Positions 39,991 to 50,809 are shown, counted from the stretch's first letter. The stretch: DNA of 64,000 nt from an uncultured archaeon (GCA_963799775.1 CAWCYD010000003.1:1088001-1152000); one strand, 5' to 3'. The notes: generated by a model not told the origin, from the letters alone. Program-made: numbers and translations.

Positions 39991-40794
39991 ATGGAAGGCG
40001 TGGCTTCGATGGACTACATAACTCCCGACGAGATGAAGGAGTTGGAGATGGGAGCGTCGGAGTACGGCGTGAGCGTCGAAGACCTGATGGAGAACGCCGG
40101 ACGAGGCGTGGCGGAGGTCGTCCTCTCTAGATGCGGCCCCGGGAAGCGGGTCACCGTGGTCTGCGGAGGCGGGAACAACGGCGGCGACGGCTTCGTCGCG
40201 GCGAGACACCTCTCTGAGAGGGACGAGGTCGACGTCATCTTGCTCACCACCCCCGAGAAGATAAGGACGGACGAGGCGCGCGAGAACTGGCGAAGGCTCA
40301 AAGAGACGCGAGTCCGCCTCGAGATCTGTCCGGACAGGGAGAGCCTCATGGGGAATTCAAGAAGGATCGAGGCTGCGGATGTGGTCGTGGCCGCCATCTT
40401 CGGGACCGGAGTGATCGGCGGCGTCGTCAAGGAGCCCTACTCCACCGCGATCTCTCTTGTGAACGCCACGCGTGGGGTCAAGGTCGCCATCGACCTCCCT
40501 TCGGGGCTTGACCCGGCCTCAGGTGCGGCCAGCCGCCCGTCCGTGAAGGCGGACGTAACGGTCGCGCTGCATCGTCCCAAGGTCGGCCTTCGCGGGAACG
40601 AAGAGCTCACCGGAGAGGTCGTCGTCGTAGAGATAGGGATCAGGGAGAAACCGCAGTCGGAAAGTTGGGCTCCTCTTCGAAGGTCCATCAAATCCCTGTC
40701 GGACCCATGCAGAACTTCGCCTATCTCGTCGCTGACGAGAAGAGCTCGGAGGCGATCGCGATCGACTCCGGATGGGAGACCGAACCGATCGTAG
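39991..40794 (+). CDS. nnrE: NAD(P)H-hydrate epimerase (YjeF_N); domain ends near 40645 and the stop may be lost to an indel
   Basis: LMENAGRGVA, CGGGNNGGDGFVAAR, IFGTG, AIDLPSG, ADVTV, VVEIGI. Confidence 0.88.
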   Translation: MEGVASMDYITPDEMKELEMGASEYGVSVEDLMENAGRGVAEVVLSRCGPGKRVTVVCGGGNNGGDGFVAARHLSERDEVDVILLTTPEKIRTDEARENWRRLKETRVRLEICPDRESLMGNSRRIEAADVVVAAIFGTGVIGGVVKEPYSTAISLVNATRGVKVAIDLPSGLDPASGAASRPSVKADVTVALHRPKVGLRGNEELTGEVVVVEIGIREKPQSESWAPLRRSIKSLSDPCRTSPISSLTRRARRRSRSTPDGRPNRS

Positions 40795-41288
40795 AGCTTG
40801 CCTCCAAAGAGGGGCTGAGGGTGAAATACGTCTGCGCCACCCACTATCATTTTGACCACGTCGAGACATTGGGAAAGTTGGCGGAGCAGCTCGGGGCTAC
40901 GACCGTGGCCTACGAGGGCTCGGAGGTGCCCCACGGTCTCGGAGTCAAGGACGGCAGCGTCCTGAAGCTAGGCGACGGCAAGGTAAGCGTGATCCACACG
41001 CCCGGGCACACCACAGACAGCGTCTGCTACTACGATGGGTCGCATCTTTTCACGGGGGACACGCTGTTCATCGAGGCTTGGGGGAGGACAGACCTCCCGG
41101 GAGGCTCCGCGGCACGACTCTACTCGAGCCTTCACGACATCATAATGAGGCTTCCAGGAGAGACGGTGATCTATCCGGGGCATGACTACGGCGAGGTCCC
41201 TTTCAGGACCCTGAAGGAGGAGTCGATGAAGAACGCCGCGCTCATCGCGAGGACTGTCCAGGAGTTCCTCCGTCTCACTCAGGATTAA
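40665..41288 (+). CDS. MBL-fold hydrolase (glyoxalase II-like)
   Basis: THYHFDH, HTPGHT, FTGDTLF, GRTDL, YPGHDY. Confidence 0.9.
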   Translation: MGSSSKVHQIPVGPMQNFAYLVADEKSSEAIAIDSGWETEPIVELASKEGLRVKYVCATHYHFDHVETLGKLAEQLGATTVAYEGSEVPHGLGVKDGSVLKLGDGKVSVIHTPGHTTDSVCYYDGSHLFTGDTLFIEAWGRTDLPGGSAARLYSSLHDIIMRLPGETVIYPGHDYGEVPFRTLKEESMKNAALIARTVQEFLRLTQD

Positions 41289-41291
41289 GGC

Positions 41292-42314
41292 CTAGAACCA
41301 CTTCTCTAAGCTCTCGCTCTTCGAGCTCTCGAGCCCGACGACCCTCTTTATCGCCGCGTCGACCCTCTCCGCCGAGAAGGAGTGCTCGTCGACGAGGAAT
41401 GCCTTGATCCCGTCGGGAGAGAGCTCGCCCCATTTGGGGGTGACGTGGCTCTTGGCTGGAGGGTGCAGGAACAGGTCGCGTATCGCCTTGTAGTCTATCT
41501 TGGCGATCTCGTCCTTCAGAGGCTCCATCCTTTCGAGCGACTGATAGGTCTTGAGCAGCTTCATCCCCTTGACAGGACCGATCCCCTTGAACCCGTCGGG
41601 GTTGAAATCGGTCCCCATGAGTATACCAAAATCGATGAGCTGCTCCCTCGTGAGATCCAGGGTCTTCAATGTCTCCTCGAGGCTGATCGTCTCGGGCTCC
41701 ACGTCGATGAAGATGTTCTTGCTCGGGAGCCTGCGTTTGCCGGAGATTGTGATGTTCCGAACCAGCAGCGGGGCGCCGAAGAGGAGGGAGTCGTGGTCCT
41801 GGGATCCCACGGCGTCGACGGTGCCCTCCGTAGCCATCACCGCAGCCTGCGCTTCTCCCTCTGACGGCGCGTCAATCCAGGGGATGCCCATCGCGTCGAG
41901 CAGCTGCTTGGACTCGACGACCATGTCCTGACGTAGAGAGGTCGAGGCCTCCGCGTACTTCCTCGCGCTCACCATGTCCCCCGCCTCTAGCGCGACCGAG
42001 TACTGCCGCCTCGCCTCATCGCGCTGCTTCCTCCGCCTTTCTATCTCCTGCGTCTTCAGCTCCGGCGGTGCCCCGTCGTAGACGTAGACCAGCTTGATGT
42101 TCAGCTCCAGGAGGTTGATGTTCCTGTAGAAGAGGCCGCTGAGATGGCTCGTCACCCGCCCCCTCGAGTCCTTGAGATGCCCACCGTCGGCGCCGCGTAT
42201 TATCGCCAGAAACTGGTAGAGCGCGTTGTAGGCGTCGATAGCTATTCTCTTCTTGCTCAGCGACTCCAAGTTGACCTTGTGCCGCGGGAGGACGTCTCCT
42301 AGATCTACTCCCAA
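41292..42314 (-). CDS. fen: Flap endonuclease 1
   Basis: MGVDL, IDAYNALYQFLAIIR, APSEGEAQAA, GTDFNPDG; C-terminal PIP-like SLEKWF. Confidence 0.97.
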   Translation of the reverse strand: MGVDLGDVLPRHKVNLESLSKKRIAIDAYNALYQFLAIIRGADGGHLKDSRGRVTSHLSGLFYRNINLLELNIKLVYVYDGAPPELKTQEIERRRKQRDEARRQYSVALEAGDMVSARKYAEASTSLRQDMVVESKQLLDAMGIPWIDAPSEGEAQAAVMATEGTVDAVGSQDHDSLLFGAPLLVRNITISGKRRLPSKNIFIDVEPETISLEETLKTLDLTREQLIDFGILMGTDFNPDGFKGIGPVKGMKLLKTYQSLERMEPLKDEIAKIDYKAIRDLFLHPPAKSHVTPKWGELSPDGIKAFLVDEHSFSAERVDAAIKRVVGLESSKSESLEKWF

Positions 42315-42378
42315 GTTCTAGGGCTCACCCAAGGCGATCGACGACATGCGCGAGAGAGAGGCTGCGCGGGCTAAAAAG

Positions 42379-42615
42379 CTACTCTGCGTATCTGACGGGG
42401 GCCGCCGCAGCTTCGACGAACTCCACCCGTCTCTTCTCCTTGGCCACCCACCTCACGGATATCGTGCCCAGGATCTCAAGGTCCAGGAGGGCCTTGTTGA
42501 GCTCATGCATGGAGTAGGTCTCGGTCTTGTTCAAGATCGTGAGTATCTCGTCGTCGGTGGCATGCTTCTTCTCCTTCACGAGCTCATAGACGGCGAAACG
42601 TAATGGAGGCTTCAA
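42379..42615 (-). CDS. Small conserved winged-helix protein
   Basis: ELNKALLDLEILGTISVRW; located between fen and EF-1beta. Confidence 0.65.
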   Translation of the reverse strand: MKPPLRFAVYELVKEKKHATDDEILTILNKTETYSMHELNKALLDLEILGTISVRWVAKEKRRVEFVEAAAAPVRYAE

Positions 42616-42640
42616 GATTCTTGCACCTGTTCCAAATTGA

Positions 42641-42928
42641 CTATCGGACCTTGAGTGTGCTCGACATCCTGCTCACCGCGACGAGGTCGGATTGGGTTAC
42701 CAAGGGGGCCTTCGCGACAGCCTGCTCGACCTTGTCAGGCATCCCCTCCTCCTCAGGCGTGACGATGTCGATGATCAGGGCGTACAGGCCGAAGGCGATG
42801 GGGTCTTCCTTGCTGCTCTTCACGGCCATGTCATTCCCGAGCACCCCCTTAACCGACTCTAGGAGCTTCGCTGAGGGCACCTCGGGCCCTGAGGGCATCA
42901 CTTTCATGCGGATGAGATAGGAGCCCAA
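42641..42928 (-). CDS. ef1b: Translation elongation factor aEF-1beta
   Basis: KVMPSGPEV, EDPIAFGLYAL. Confidence 0.92.
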   Translation of the reverse strand: MGSYLIRMKVMPSGPEVPSAKLLESVKGVLGNDMAVKSSKEDPIAFGLYALIIDIVTPEEEGMPDKVEQAVAKAPLVTQSDLVAVSRMSSTLKVR

Positions 42929-42929
42929 T

Positions 42930-43127
42930 TCAGTGACCCTCGAATCCGCAGTTCACGCACTTGTATCTCCTGGAGAACTTCCTACACTTTTCGCAACGCC
43001 AGACGAAGACCTGGCTGCAGCTGGGGCAGTGGAACTTCGATGCCTTCTCGCCCGGCATGATTGGTCGGTTGCACGAGGTGCAGACCGGCAGGGCTACGGA
43101 CTTTTGCGACAAGCTCGAGAACGCCAC
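42930..43127 (-). CDS. Zn-ribbon protein (DUF1610/HVO_2753 family)
   Basis: CTSC..FHCPSC..RCEKCRK..YKCVNCGFEG, upstream of EF-1beta. Confidence 0.9.
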   Translation of the reverse strand: MAFSSLSQKSVALPVCTSCNRPIMPGEKASKFHCPSCSQVFVWRCEKCRKFSRRYKCVNCGFEGH

Positions 43128-43170
43128 ACAGAGCCTAGGAATTATACCTTCCGAACCCGCTAGCCTGCAT

Positions 43171-44378
43171 TCAGTCTGCCGCCGTCTTGGGCGACTGCCT
43201 GACGAGGGATGTCAGGGTCTGCTTCGCCTCGGAGGAGACGATCACCCCGGCCAGCTGCAGGAGTCCTTTGACCCCGAGAGCCGAGAGAGCCGCGCTCGCG
43301 TGGAAGTCGAACGAGCCCGACGCCAGTTTGGCCGCGACCTTCGGTCGCTCTAGGGCCCCAACTAGCTTGTCAAGATCGCTGTTGGAGAGGTTCTCGTAGA
43401 TGTTCCTAAGCCTCGTCATGAGCTTGTACTCCTTGCCATACCTCCCGGACCAGTCTGGCTGGTAGCGGGCCACCAGAGAATCGTCCTTCAGCATGATCGC
43501 GTCCGACACCCAGCGCGCCGCTATCACGCCGCCTGCCACGGAGCTCGGGATCCCTCCCGCGGTCGTAGGCTTCACCTGACCGGCGGACTCGCCGACGTAG
43601 AGGGTGCGCCCTTGGACGAACTCCTCTGTCGGGCCGCCGACGTATATCGTGCAGGCGACCTTGCTCACGATCTTAGAGTCGCGGGACGCGAGAAAAGCCT
43701 CTAGCGCCTTCACGGCGTTTATCCCAAAGCCAGCGGCACCCACCTTCGCGATTCCGGGGCCTCTCGGGATCACCCAGGCGAAGAACCCAGGATACTTCTC
43801 CTGGTCCGTGAAGACCTCGACGACGCCGTCGGTGAACCAGTCGCCCTCGACCTCGTATTTCGCCGTCGGGACGAGCCCCTCCCTGTTGAACTTCATGACC
43901 CCTGTCGGCCCTGTCGCGTCGACATAGAATCGGCACGAATAGACCTCCTTCTCCGCGCTGACCTTCACGCCGTCAGGCGTCTCTTCGACCCCCTTGACGC
44001 GGGCCCTAGCTTGATCTCAGCCCCCCAAGCCTCGGCGTTCCCGGCGAGCTGCTTGTCGAAGGCGCTCCGGTCGATCACCACGACGTCCAGGCGAGATGCG
44101 TCGAGCGTGGCCTTCCTTCCCGAAGGGGAGTAGACCACCCCCTTGGTCACACGGCTCTGGACGCAGGATTTTTCAGGCATCGCATACCGCCGGAGTTCCT
44201 GGAGGCTCACGAGACCGTCGCACTTCTCAGGCTCCCCGATCTCCTTGTCCTCCTCGAGCACGAGGACGCTCAGCCCCCTCTTCGAGGCTTCGGCCGCGAA
44301 GGCCAATCCCGCGACGCTGCCCCCGCCGACCACCACGTCATGACGGGGAGACGATGAGGTTCCAGAAGCGGTCGACAT
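43171..44378 (-). CDS. Geranylgeranyl reductase-family FAD oxidoreductase (frameshift near 44000)
   Basis: DVVVGGGSVAG, IGEPEKCDG, IDRSAFD, FFAWVIP, VGESAGQVKPTTAGGI. Confidence 0.88.
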
Positions 44379-44461
44379 TTAGGGAGATCTACCTTGTTCC
44401 CCGAGGGCGGCAAGCCTTAATCCGTCTCGTAATAACCCTTCGAATCCGAGGGGCGGCCAAG

Positions 44462-44821
44462 ACGACCGAGATCAAGCAGGTTATCGTTGTGAGGTCGGAC
44501 CTCAAGATGGGGAAGGGCAAGCTCGCGGCCCAGGTCGCTCACGCGGCGCTCGACGCCGCCGAGTCTGCTAGGATGCGGCACCCTGACTGGTATGAGGCGT
44601 GGCGAGAGGACGGCCAGGCCAAGGTCGTCGTGAAGACAGACGGGGGTGAGGCTGCATTGGAAGACCTGCGGAAGCAGGCCAGGAGCTTGGGGTTGCCGGT
44701 CTCGCTCATCGTGGACAGGGGACTCACACAGCTCGAGCCGGGCACCATGACGTGCCTAGGGATAGGGCCCGGTCCGTCCTCGGAGATCGACAAAGTGACC
44801 GGCAAGCTGAAGCTGCTTTGA
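44462..44821 (+). CDS. pth2: Peptidyl-tRNA hydrolase Pth2 (start codon uncertain)
   Basis: KQVIVVRSDLKMGKGKLAAQVAHA, DRGLTQLEPGT, GIGPG, TGKLKLL. Confidence 0.95.
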   Translation, partial: TTEIKQVIVVRSDLKMGKGKLAAQVAHAALDAAESARMRHPDWYEAWREDGQAKVVVKTDGGEAALEDLRKQARSLGLPVSLIVDRGLTQLEPGTMTCLGIGPGPSSEIDKVTGKLKLL

Positions 44822-46106
44822 GCCGGGCGGGGAACCCAGACCCTCGTCCCCCTCCCATCGACATCGAGTCAGGCCTTCTGACGTACTCGACCGCCGGCCC
44901 TAGGCACTCGGGCAGGCTCCGCGGGAGCTTCGACGACTTTCAGGTCCGCGAGCTGATCCCGTTGAAGGAACTCGTCTCGGTGAAGGCCCCCGGCCTCGTC
45001 CCGGTCTATGAGGTCAGGAAGCAAGGCATCGACACGCCGCACGTCGCCAAGGAGATCGCCGCGATGATAAAGAGCGAGGTCAGCTATGCGGGCCTGAAGG
45101 ACAAGAACGCCACCGTCGTCCAGTACGTGAGCGCCCGGAGCACCAGGGCCCAAGCCCCAGGGGAGCTGGTCGGCGAGAGGTTCCGCGCTCGTCTGGTCGG
45201 CTTCTCCCGGCCCCTGACCCGGAGGATGTTGGTGGGGAACGGCTTCAGGATACTCGTCGAGACATCGGATGGGCCTGGGACCGGAGGTGGAGAGGTGCTT
45301 CGAGGCGTGCGCGGCAAGGCGCGTCGCCAACTTCTATGGCTACCAAAGGTTCGGGCTGAAGGGCGGCGTCAACCGCAAGGTGGGCAAGGCGATAGTCCAG
45401 AAGGACTTCGCCCGCGCCGTCCAGCTGATCCTGTCCGAGCCTAGAGCAGGGGAGGACGAGAGGGTGGTGGAGGCGCGCAGGTTATGCGCGCGGGGGAGCT
45501 ACTCGCAGGCGCTCCCGCTCTTCTCCAGGCATCAAGACATCGAGCTCGGGATGGCAAGGCACCTATCGATGAGACCGGACGATCACATAGGCGCCCTGAG
45601 AAGGATGCCGATCGCGATTCGGCGCCTCCTGGTGAACTCCTATCAGTCCTATCTCTTCAATCTCACGCTGAGTCGGGCCGTCGCTGAAGGACTGGACATC
45701 TCCCGAGCTCAAGACGGCGACAACTGGGCACCACTGGAGGAGAGCGGGCTCTCGGTCGGGAAGATCCACGGTGTGAAAGAAGCGGTCGCTGAGGACCGGG
45801 AGTGCATCCCTTTGATCCAGATCGTCGGATACGCGCACAGGGACTACGGGTCAAGGTTCGACCGGATGCTCTCAAAGGTGATAGGGGATGAAGACATCAC
45901 GCCTGGTTCCTTCTACATCAAGGAGGCCGAGGAGATGAGCAGCGAAGGGGGGTTCAGGCCTGCACCTCTGCTATCCAATGGGCCTGTCGTTCGAGAGAGA
46001 GGGGAGAGGGTTCGTTCTGGAATTCTCGCTAGGAAAAGGAGAATATGCGACTGTCGTGCTCAGAGAGATACTGAAGCCGGACAGCCCTCAACTGACGGGG
46101 TTCTAG
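44818..46106 (+). CDS. truD: tRNA pseudouridine synthase TruD/Pus7 (frameshifts near 45270 and 45980)
   Basis: DFQVRE, YAGLKDKNA, GNGFRI, NFYGYQRFG, SYQSYLFN, FSLGKGEYATVVLRE. Confidence 0.9.
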
Positions 46107-46110
46107 GAGT

Positions 46111-46612
46111 TCAGGAGACGAGCCCGAGCCTGCGGCGGTAGTCGTAGTCCTTCTTTATCGCTGGATGGGCAGGGTCTATCATTATGCACTCGTACCACCT
46201 GTGCTTTCCGTCGACCCAGAGCTGGTAGGGCACCCAGAAGCTTGAGGTTGGTGTGCTTCTCGCGGACGCGCCTCTCGGCGACCTTCTGCACGGGCTCGTC
46301 AGATTTCATCCTGAGGACTCCCAAGTGCTTCGGTCTGCGTCCCGAGACCGGGCGGGGCCTCCTCATGCCGCCGGCTTTGACCCTGATCCTCACGACCACG
46401 ACGCCTTCCTTCGCCTTGTAGCCGAGCATCCTGGCCTTGTCGATCCTGGAAGGCCGCTCGAGGCGCAGCATCGTAGGCCCTCTCCTGAGCTCGATAGCCC
46501 TTTGGAGGATGTCTCCGGACTTGTCCTTGAAGACCTTCTGCCAGGTCTCCCCTACCTGTCTGTACAAGGCGAACGTTGCCCCGCTTTGGAAGGTGAAGAT
46601 AAGTCTTGCCAA
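46111..46612 (-). CDS. rpl15e: 50S ribosomal protein L15e (frameshift near 46225)
   Basis: ERPSRIDKARMLGYKAKEGVVVVRIRV, GRRPKHLG, VAERR; shifted tail WVDGKHRWYECIMIDPAHPAI. Confidence 0.95.
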
Positions 46613-46618
46613 TCAGGA

Positions 46619-47533
46619 CTAGCCGAAGAACTGATTGAGCTTGGCCCCGACCATCGTCAAGGCGTGCGTCTGGGCGTCCTCGGTCTGTCCGCCGATGTGC
46701 GGCGTGGCGATGATGTTCGGGGCAGCCAGGATCTCGGGGCTGGGCGGCTCGGTCTCGAAGACGTCGAGCGCTGCGCCGCCGATCCTTCCCTGGTTGAGCG
46801 CCTCTATGAGCTCCCGCTCGTCGATCACCTCGCCCCTCGAGGTGTTGATTATGAACGCGTTCTTCCTCATCAGCGCGAGCCTGCGTTGGTCGACCATGTG
46901 CCTGGTTTCGGCGGTGAGCGGGACGTGCAGGGTGATGTAGTCAGAAGATGCGAAGAGCGAGTCGAGGTCCACCATCTTGCAGCCGAGCGACGCCAACGTC
47001 TCCTGTGGGACCTCGATTACGTCGTAGCCGAGGAGCGACATCCCAAGGACCCGTCCTATCTCCGCCACCCGGCGCCCGATGCGTCCCAGCCCGGCGATCC
47101 CGAGCGTCTTGCCCCTGAGCTCTGCGCCCACGAAGCGGTCCTTCTCCCACCGACCTGCCTTCACCGAGGCGTCGGCCGCGGGGATCCTCCTCGCTAGGGA
47201 CAGCATCAGTCCGATCACGTGCTCCGCGACCGCCTCCACAAGTGACTCGGGGCTGTTGACGACCTCTATCCCTCGGGCGTTGGCGGCCCTCGTGTCTATG
47301 TTGTCCAGGCCCGTCCCCGGTCTCCCGATTATCTTGAGCCTTGTCCCGCGCGAGATGACCTCGGCGTCGACCTTCGTCCTGCTCCTGACGACCAGGACGT
47401 CATAGTCGGCTACCCTGTCGAGGAGTTCATCACGAGTCAACCTCGGCTCATAGTCTACCTCGAAGGCGTCAGTGAGACCCAGCGCTGACACTTCCAGCGT
47501 GTCACAGACGAGGACTCGGCGCTTCGATGTCAG
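46619..47533 (-). CDS. D-3-phosphoglycerate / D-2-hydroxyacid dehydrogenase
   Basis: VRSRTKV, GTGLDNID, GLGRIG, LHVPLT, NTSRG, LDVFETEP, TPHIG; probable CTG start overlapping the upstream TGA. Confidence 0.9.
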   Translation of the reverse strand: MTSKRRVLVCDTLEVSALGLTDAFEVDYEPRLTRDELLDRVADYDVLVVRSRTKVDAEVISRGTRLKIIGRPGTGLDNIDTRAANARGIEVVNSPESLVEAVAEHVIGLMLSLARRIPAADASVKAGRWEKDRFVGAELRGKTLGIAGLGRIGRRVAEIGRVLGMSLLGYDVIEVPQETLASLGCKMVDLDSLFASSDYITLHVPLTAETRHMVDQRRLALMRKNAFIINTSRGEVIDERELIEALNQGRIGGAALDVFETEPPSPEILAAPNIIATPHIGGQTEDAQTHALTMVGAKLNQFFG

Positions 47534-48873
47534 GCTCCTTCACTTGTGATTCTTCTTGCTGTTAAGCCTATTGGCGATGACTCGTAGCTGGAGCCGGGCA
47601 AGTATGGCGACTCCATGTTCGTAAGCTGCTCGACGGTCAGGCCTAGCGAGACGATCAGCGAGGCCTCGTTAGAGTAGGCCGAGGCCCTCCAACCCGACAA
47701 CTGCATGCCGTACACTTCGTGGGTCTCGACGTCATAGACCAGCGAGACGAGTATCTCCTTCGAGGAAGAGGATGGGCCTTGGGCACGAAAGATGCCCGCC
47801 TCGGAGGAGGCCTTGAGCCCCATAGCAAGAGCCTCGTCCTCGCGAAGGCCTGCCGAGCAGAGCTCGACGCCGAAGTACTCCTGCTCGACGGCCCAGGATG
47901 GGGACGCGCGGGCATTCCCTCCCGCGGCGTTGGTCCCCGCCACGTCTCCGCTCATCCTGCTCGTCGAATACAGTCGGGCCGCCACCGAGCCTGACTTGTG
48001 ACGGATCTCCGTGGAATCGCCTGCTGCGAACACGTTGTCCAAGCTGGTTGACATCGCCGTGTCTACCAAGATACCTCCTTGCGGCCCTCTCTCGCACTCG
48101 ACGATCGGGACGGACGGGACGCTGCGGGGGATTATCACGACCCCGTCGCAGTTGGTCACAGATCCTGCGGAGACCACCGCCTCCGCCTTCCCTAGCCCGA
48201 GTATCGACTCGACGCGACCATCTACCAGGGAGACTCTGCTCGCCTTGGTCTCCTTCTGGCGGCGCGAGGCAGCGGCGCGGATCATCTCGGCCACCGGCCC
48301 CAAGAACTGGCCGTCGAGCCCTCCCTCACCGCAGAAGATGCGGACCTCGTCGGCCCGGGCGGACAGGAGCTCGCCCACCTTGAGGGCGAGCGGGACAGGC
48401 CCGGTGACCGCCAGGCTCTTCATCGAGTCGAGGGAATCGCGCAGTCGAAGGTAATCCGACGGACCGTCGAGGAGGAATACGTTCGGCTTTGCAGAACCCC
48501 TCATCTCGGGGGCCTCTCGGGCGGCGCCGGCGCAGACGACCAGGGAATCGAACCCCAAAGCCTGGTTGCCCGCCCCGCCCTGAGGCTCCAGGACGAGCTC
48601 CCGCTCGGCGTGCCGGACTGAGACGGCCTTCGTCTCGGTTCGCAGGCGTACGCCCTCTGCTTTGAGCGAGCTCGCCTCCGGGATGTAGGCGTCCTCTTCT
48701 CGCCATCCGTGGGTGAGCAGCAAAGGGAGGTGGGCCCTTGACAGTCCCACGGCCCTAGAGGCCTCTATGATGGTGGTCTCTGCCCCTCGTCGAGAAGCGG
48801 CGAGCGCGGCGGAGACCCCGGCCACCCCTCCCCCGACAACGACGACCTTTCTCCCCTTCATCGCTTGACGCAC
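47530..48873 (-). CDS. Pyridine nucleotide-disulfide oxidoreductase (CoADR/NADH-oxidase-like), degenerate motifs
   Basis: VVVGGGVAG, FDSLVVCAGA, MSTSLDNVFAAGD and C-terminal dimerisation domain; redox Cys and NAD GxGxxG motif not found. Confidence 0.75.
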   Translation of the reverse strand: MRQAMKGRKVVVVGGGVAGVSAALAASRRGAETTIIEASRAVGLSRAHLPLLLTHGWREEDAYIPEASSLKAEGVRLRTETKAVSVRHAERELVLEPQGGAGNQALGFDSLVVCAGAAREAPEMRGSAKPNVFLLDGPSDYLRLRDSLDSMKSLAVTGPVPLALKVGELLSARADEVRIFCGEGGLDGQFLGPVAEMIRAAASRRQKETKASRVSLVDGRVESILGLGKAEAVVSAGSVTNCDGVVIIPRSVPSVPIVECERGPQGGILVDTAMSTSLDNVFAAGDSTEIRHKSGSVAARLYSTSRMSGDVAGTNAAGGNARASPSWAVEQEYFGVELCSAGLREDEALAMGLKASSEAGIFRAQGPSSSSKEILVSLVYDVETHEVYGMQLSGWRASAYSNEASLIVSLGLTVEQLTNMESPYLPGSSYESSPIGLTARRITSEGA

Positions 48874-48987
48874 GTGTCTTCGCGAGATGGGTTATTATTG
48901 AAGGGAAAAGCCGCCCTCGCTCAGTTGTCGCTCGCTGATTTCAAAGATTGCAGGTCAGCATCGCGCGGCAGCCCTCGGTGATAGCCC

Positions 48988-50191
48988 CTGCTCGTCGGGA
49001 TCATCGGAAAACCCAACGTCGGAAAATCGACTTTTTTCAGTGCCGCTACGCTCAAGTCGGTCGCGATAGCTGACTTCCCGTTCACGACGATCAAGCCAAA
49101 CGTGGGGATGGCGTACCTCCGGACCAGGTGCGTCCACGAGGAGATGGGTGTCGCGGACAAGCCCAAGAACTCGGTGTGCCTGAACGGGACGAGGCTCATC
49201 CCCGTGAAGCTGGTCGATGTGGCAGGGCTCGTCAGGGGCGCTTCCACAGGACGTGGACTGGGGAACCAGTTCCTCGAGGAGATAATGCAGGCAGACGCGA
49301 TCGTCCACGTCGTGGACGCCTCTGGCTCGACCGACCTCGAGGGCCAGAAGACCACCCCGGGCAGTCAGGACCCGATGAAGGACGTCGAGATGGTGGAGGT
49401 CGAGGTGGACATGTGGCTGCTCAACCTCGTGAAGAGGGATTGGGAGAAGAACGCGAAGCTCGCGGACCAGCTGAAGTCGAGCGTCGCGCCGATGCTCGCC
49501 CAGAGGCTGAGCGGGATTGGGATAAGCGAGGCCGTGGTGGAGGAGACGCTCCTCAGGCTGCACCTAAAGGCGGACAGGCCCTTGAGCTGGGGGCCCGGGG
49601 CGCTCGAGGGGTTCGTCAAGGAGCTCAGAGAGAGGAACAAGCCCAGCCTGATCGCCGCCAACAAGGCAGACCTCCCGACGGCGGCAGAGAAGCTCCCCGC
49701 CCTGAAGAAGAGCGGCAAGACGGTCATCCCTTGCGCAGCGGAGGCAGAGCTCCTGCTGAGGAAGGCAGCCGAGGCAGGAGTGGTAGCATACACGCCCGGA
49801 GACTCATCCTTCGAGACGAAGAAGCAGGCACCTGAGCCCGGCGCAGGCGCGGGCCCTCCAGCTGGTCAAGGAGAAGGTCATCGGCGTCTACGGGAGCACC
49901 GGGGTCCAGCAGGCGATCGACCAGGCGTACTTCGGGCTCCTCAAGGCGGTGGTCGTCTATCCCGTCGAGGACGAGAAGAAGCTGTGCAACAAGGACGGCG
50001 ACGTCCTCCCGGATGCCTACGTGATGAACGGCGGGTCGACCGCCATCGACCTTGCAAGGAAGATCCACAGCGAACTGGCGGAAACGTTCCTCTATGCGAT
50101 AGATGCGAGGACGGGGCTACGCCTGTCTTCGGACTACGTGCTCAAGGACCGGGATATACTGAAGATCGTCTCAAGCGGCAGGCGCGGCTAG
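48988..50191 (+). CDS. ychF: Obg-family ATPase YchF (frameshift near 49830)
   Basis: GKPNVGKSTFF, PFTTIKPN, DVAGLVRGA..GRGLGNQFL, ANKAD and TGS domain; CTG start after SD-like GGTGAT. Confidence 0.93.
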
Positions 50192-50809
50192 CACTTCGAC
50201 TTCGGGCTGGACCTCGCCGGGCTGCGGCCTGCCGATCAGCTTTGTCTTCCTTACGCCGACGTGCCTCAGCCTCGTGACCTTCTTGGCCTCGTTGTAGACG
50301 TCCGAGGCGAGCTTCTGCAGGACCGTCTCCTGGACGAACTGATCGTACTCGAGCGCGGCGGCCCTCTCGCCGATTATCTTGTCCATTATCATCCTGATCT
50401 CGTGCTTCTTCGAGGAGTTCATCCTGCCCTGCGAGAGCGCTATCGTGTAGACGCGGACCGTATAGCCGTCCTTCGTCTTGTAGTCCTTTATCAAGTCCGA
50501 CATCGATGAGCCCCTCCGGATCAGGCTGCGGAGGTACTCCCTGGAGAACTCGTGACCCTTTAGGATGGTGTACGCGGTATCGCCCTCGACTCTGTCGATC
50601 TGGAAGTAGAGCTTGAAGCTGTAGTGTTGCGGGTCATGCTTTAGTATGTCATAGAGGGTGGTCTCGACGACGCGGCCCGCTGGCTTCTCGACGTCTGTTA
50701 TCGGGACACGGCCGATGGGGGCGTTCCCGAACGACGGGGAAGCGAGCACGGTGACCCACTGCTTCAGTTTCCACTTGTCGCGGACCTTCCCAGAGACTTT
50801 CTTCGGCAA
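50171..50809 (-). CDS. rps3ae: 30S ribosomal protein S3Ae (eS1)
   Basis: DKWKLKQW, GRVVETTL, GHEFSREYLRSLIRRGSS. Confidence 0.95.
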   Translation of the reverse strand: MPKKVSGKVRDKWKLKQWVTVLASPSFGNAPIGRVPITDVEKPAGRVVETTLYDILKHDPQHYSFKLYFQIDRVEGDTAYTILKGHEFSREYLRSLIRRGSSMSDLIKDYKTKDGYTVRVYTIALSQGRMNSSKKHEIRMIMDKIIGERAAALEYDQFVQETVLQKLASDVYNEAKKVTRLRHVGVRKTKLIGRPQPGEVQPEVEVLAAPAA

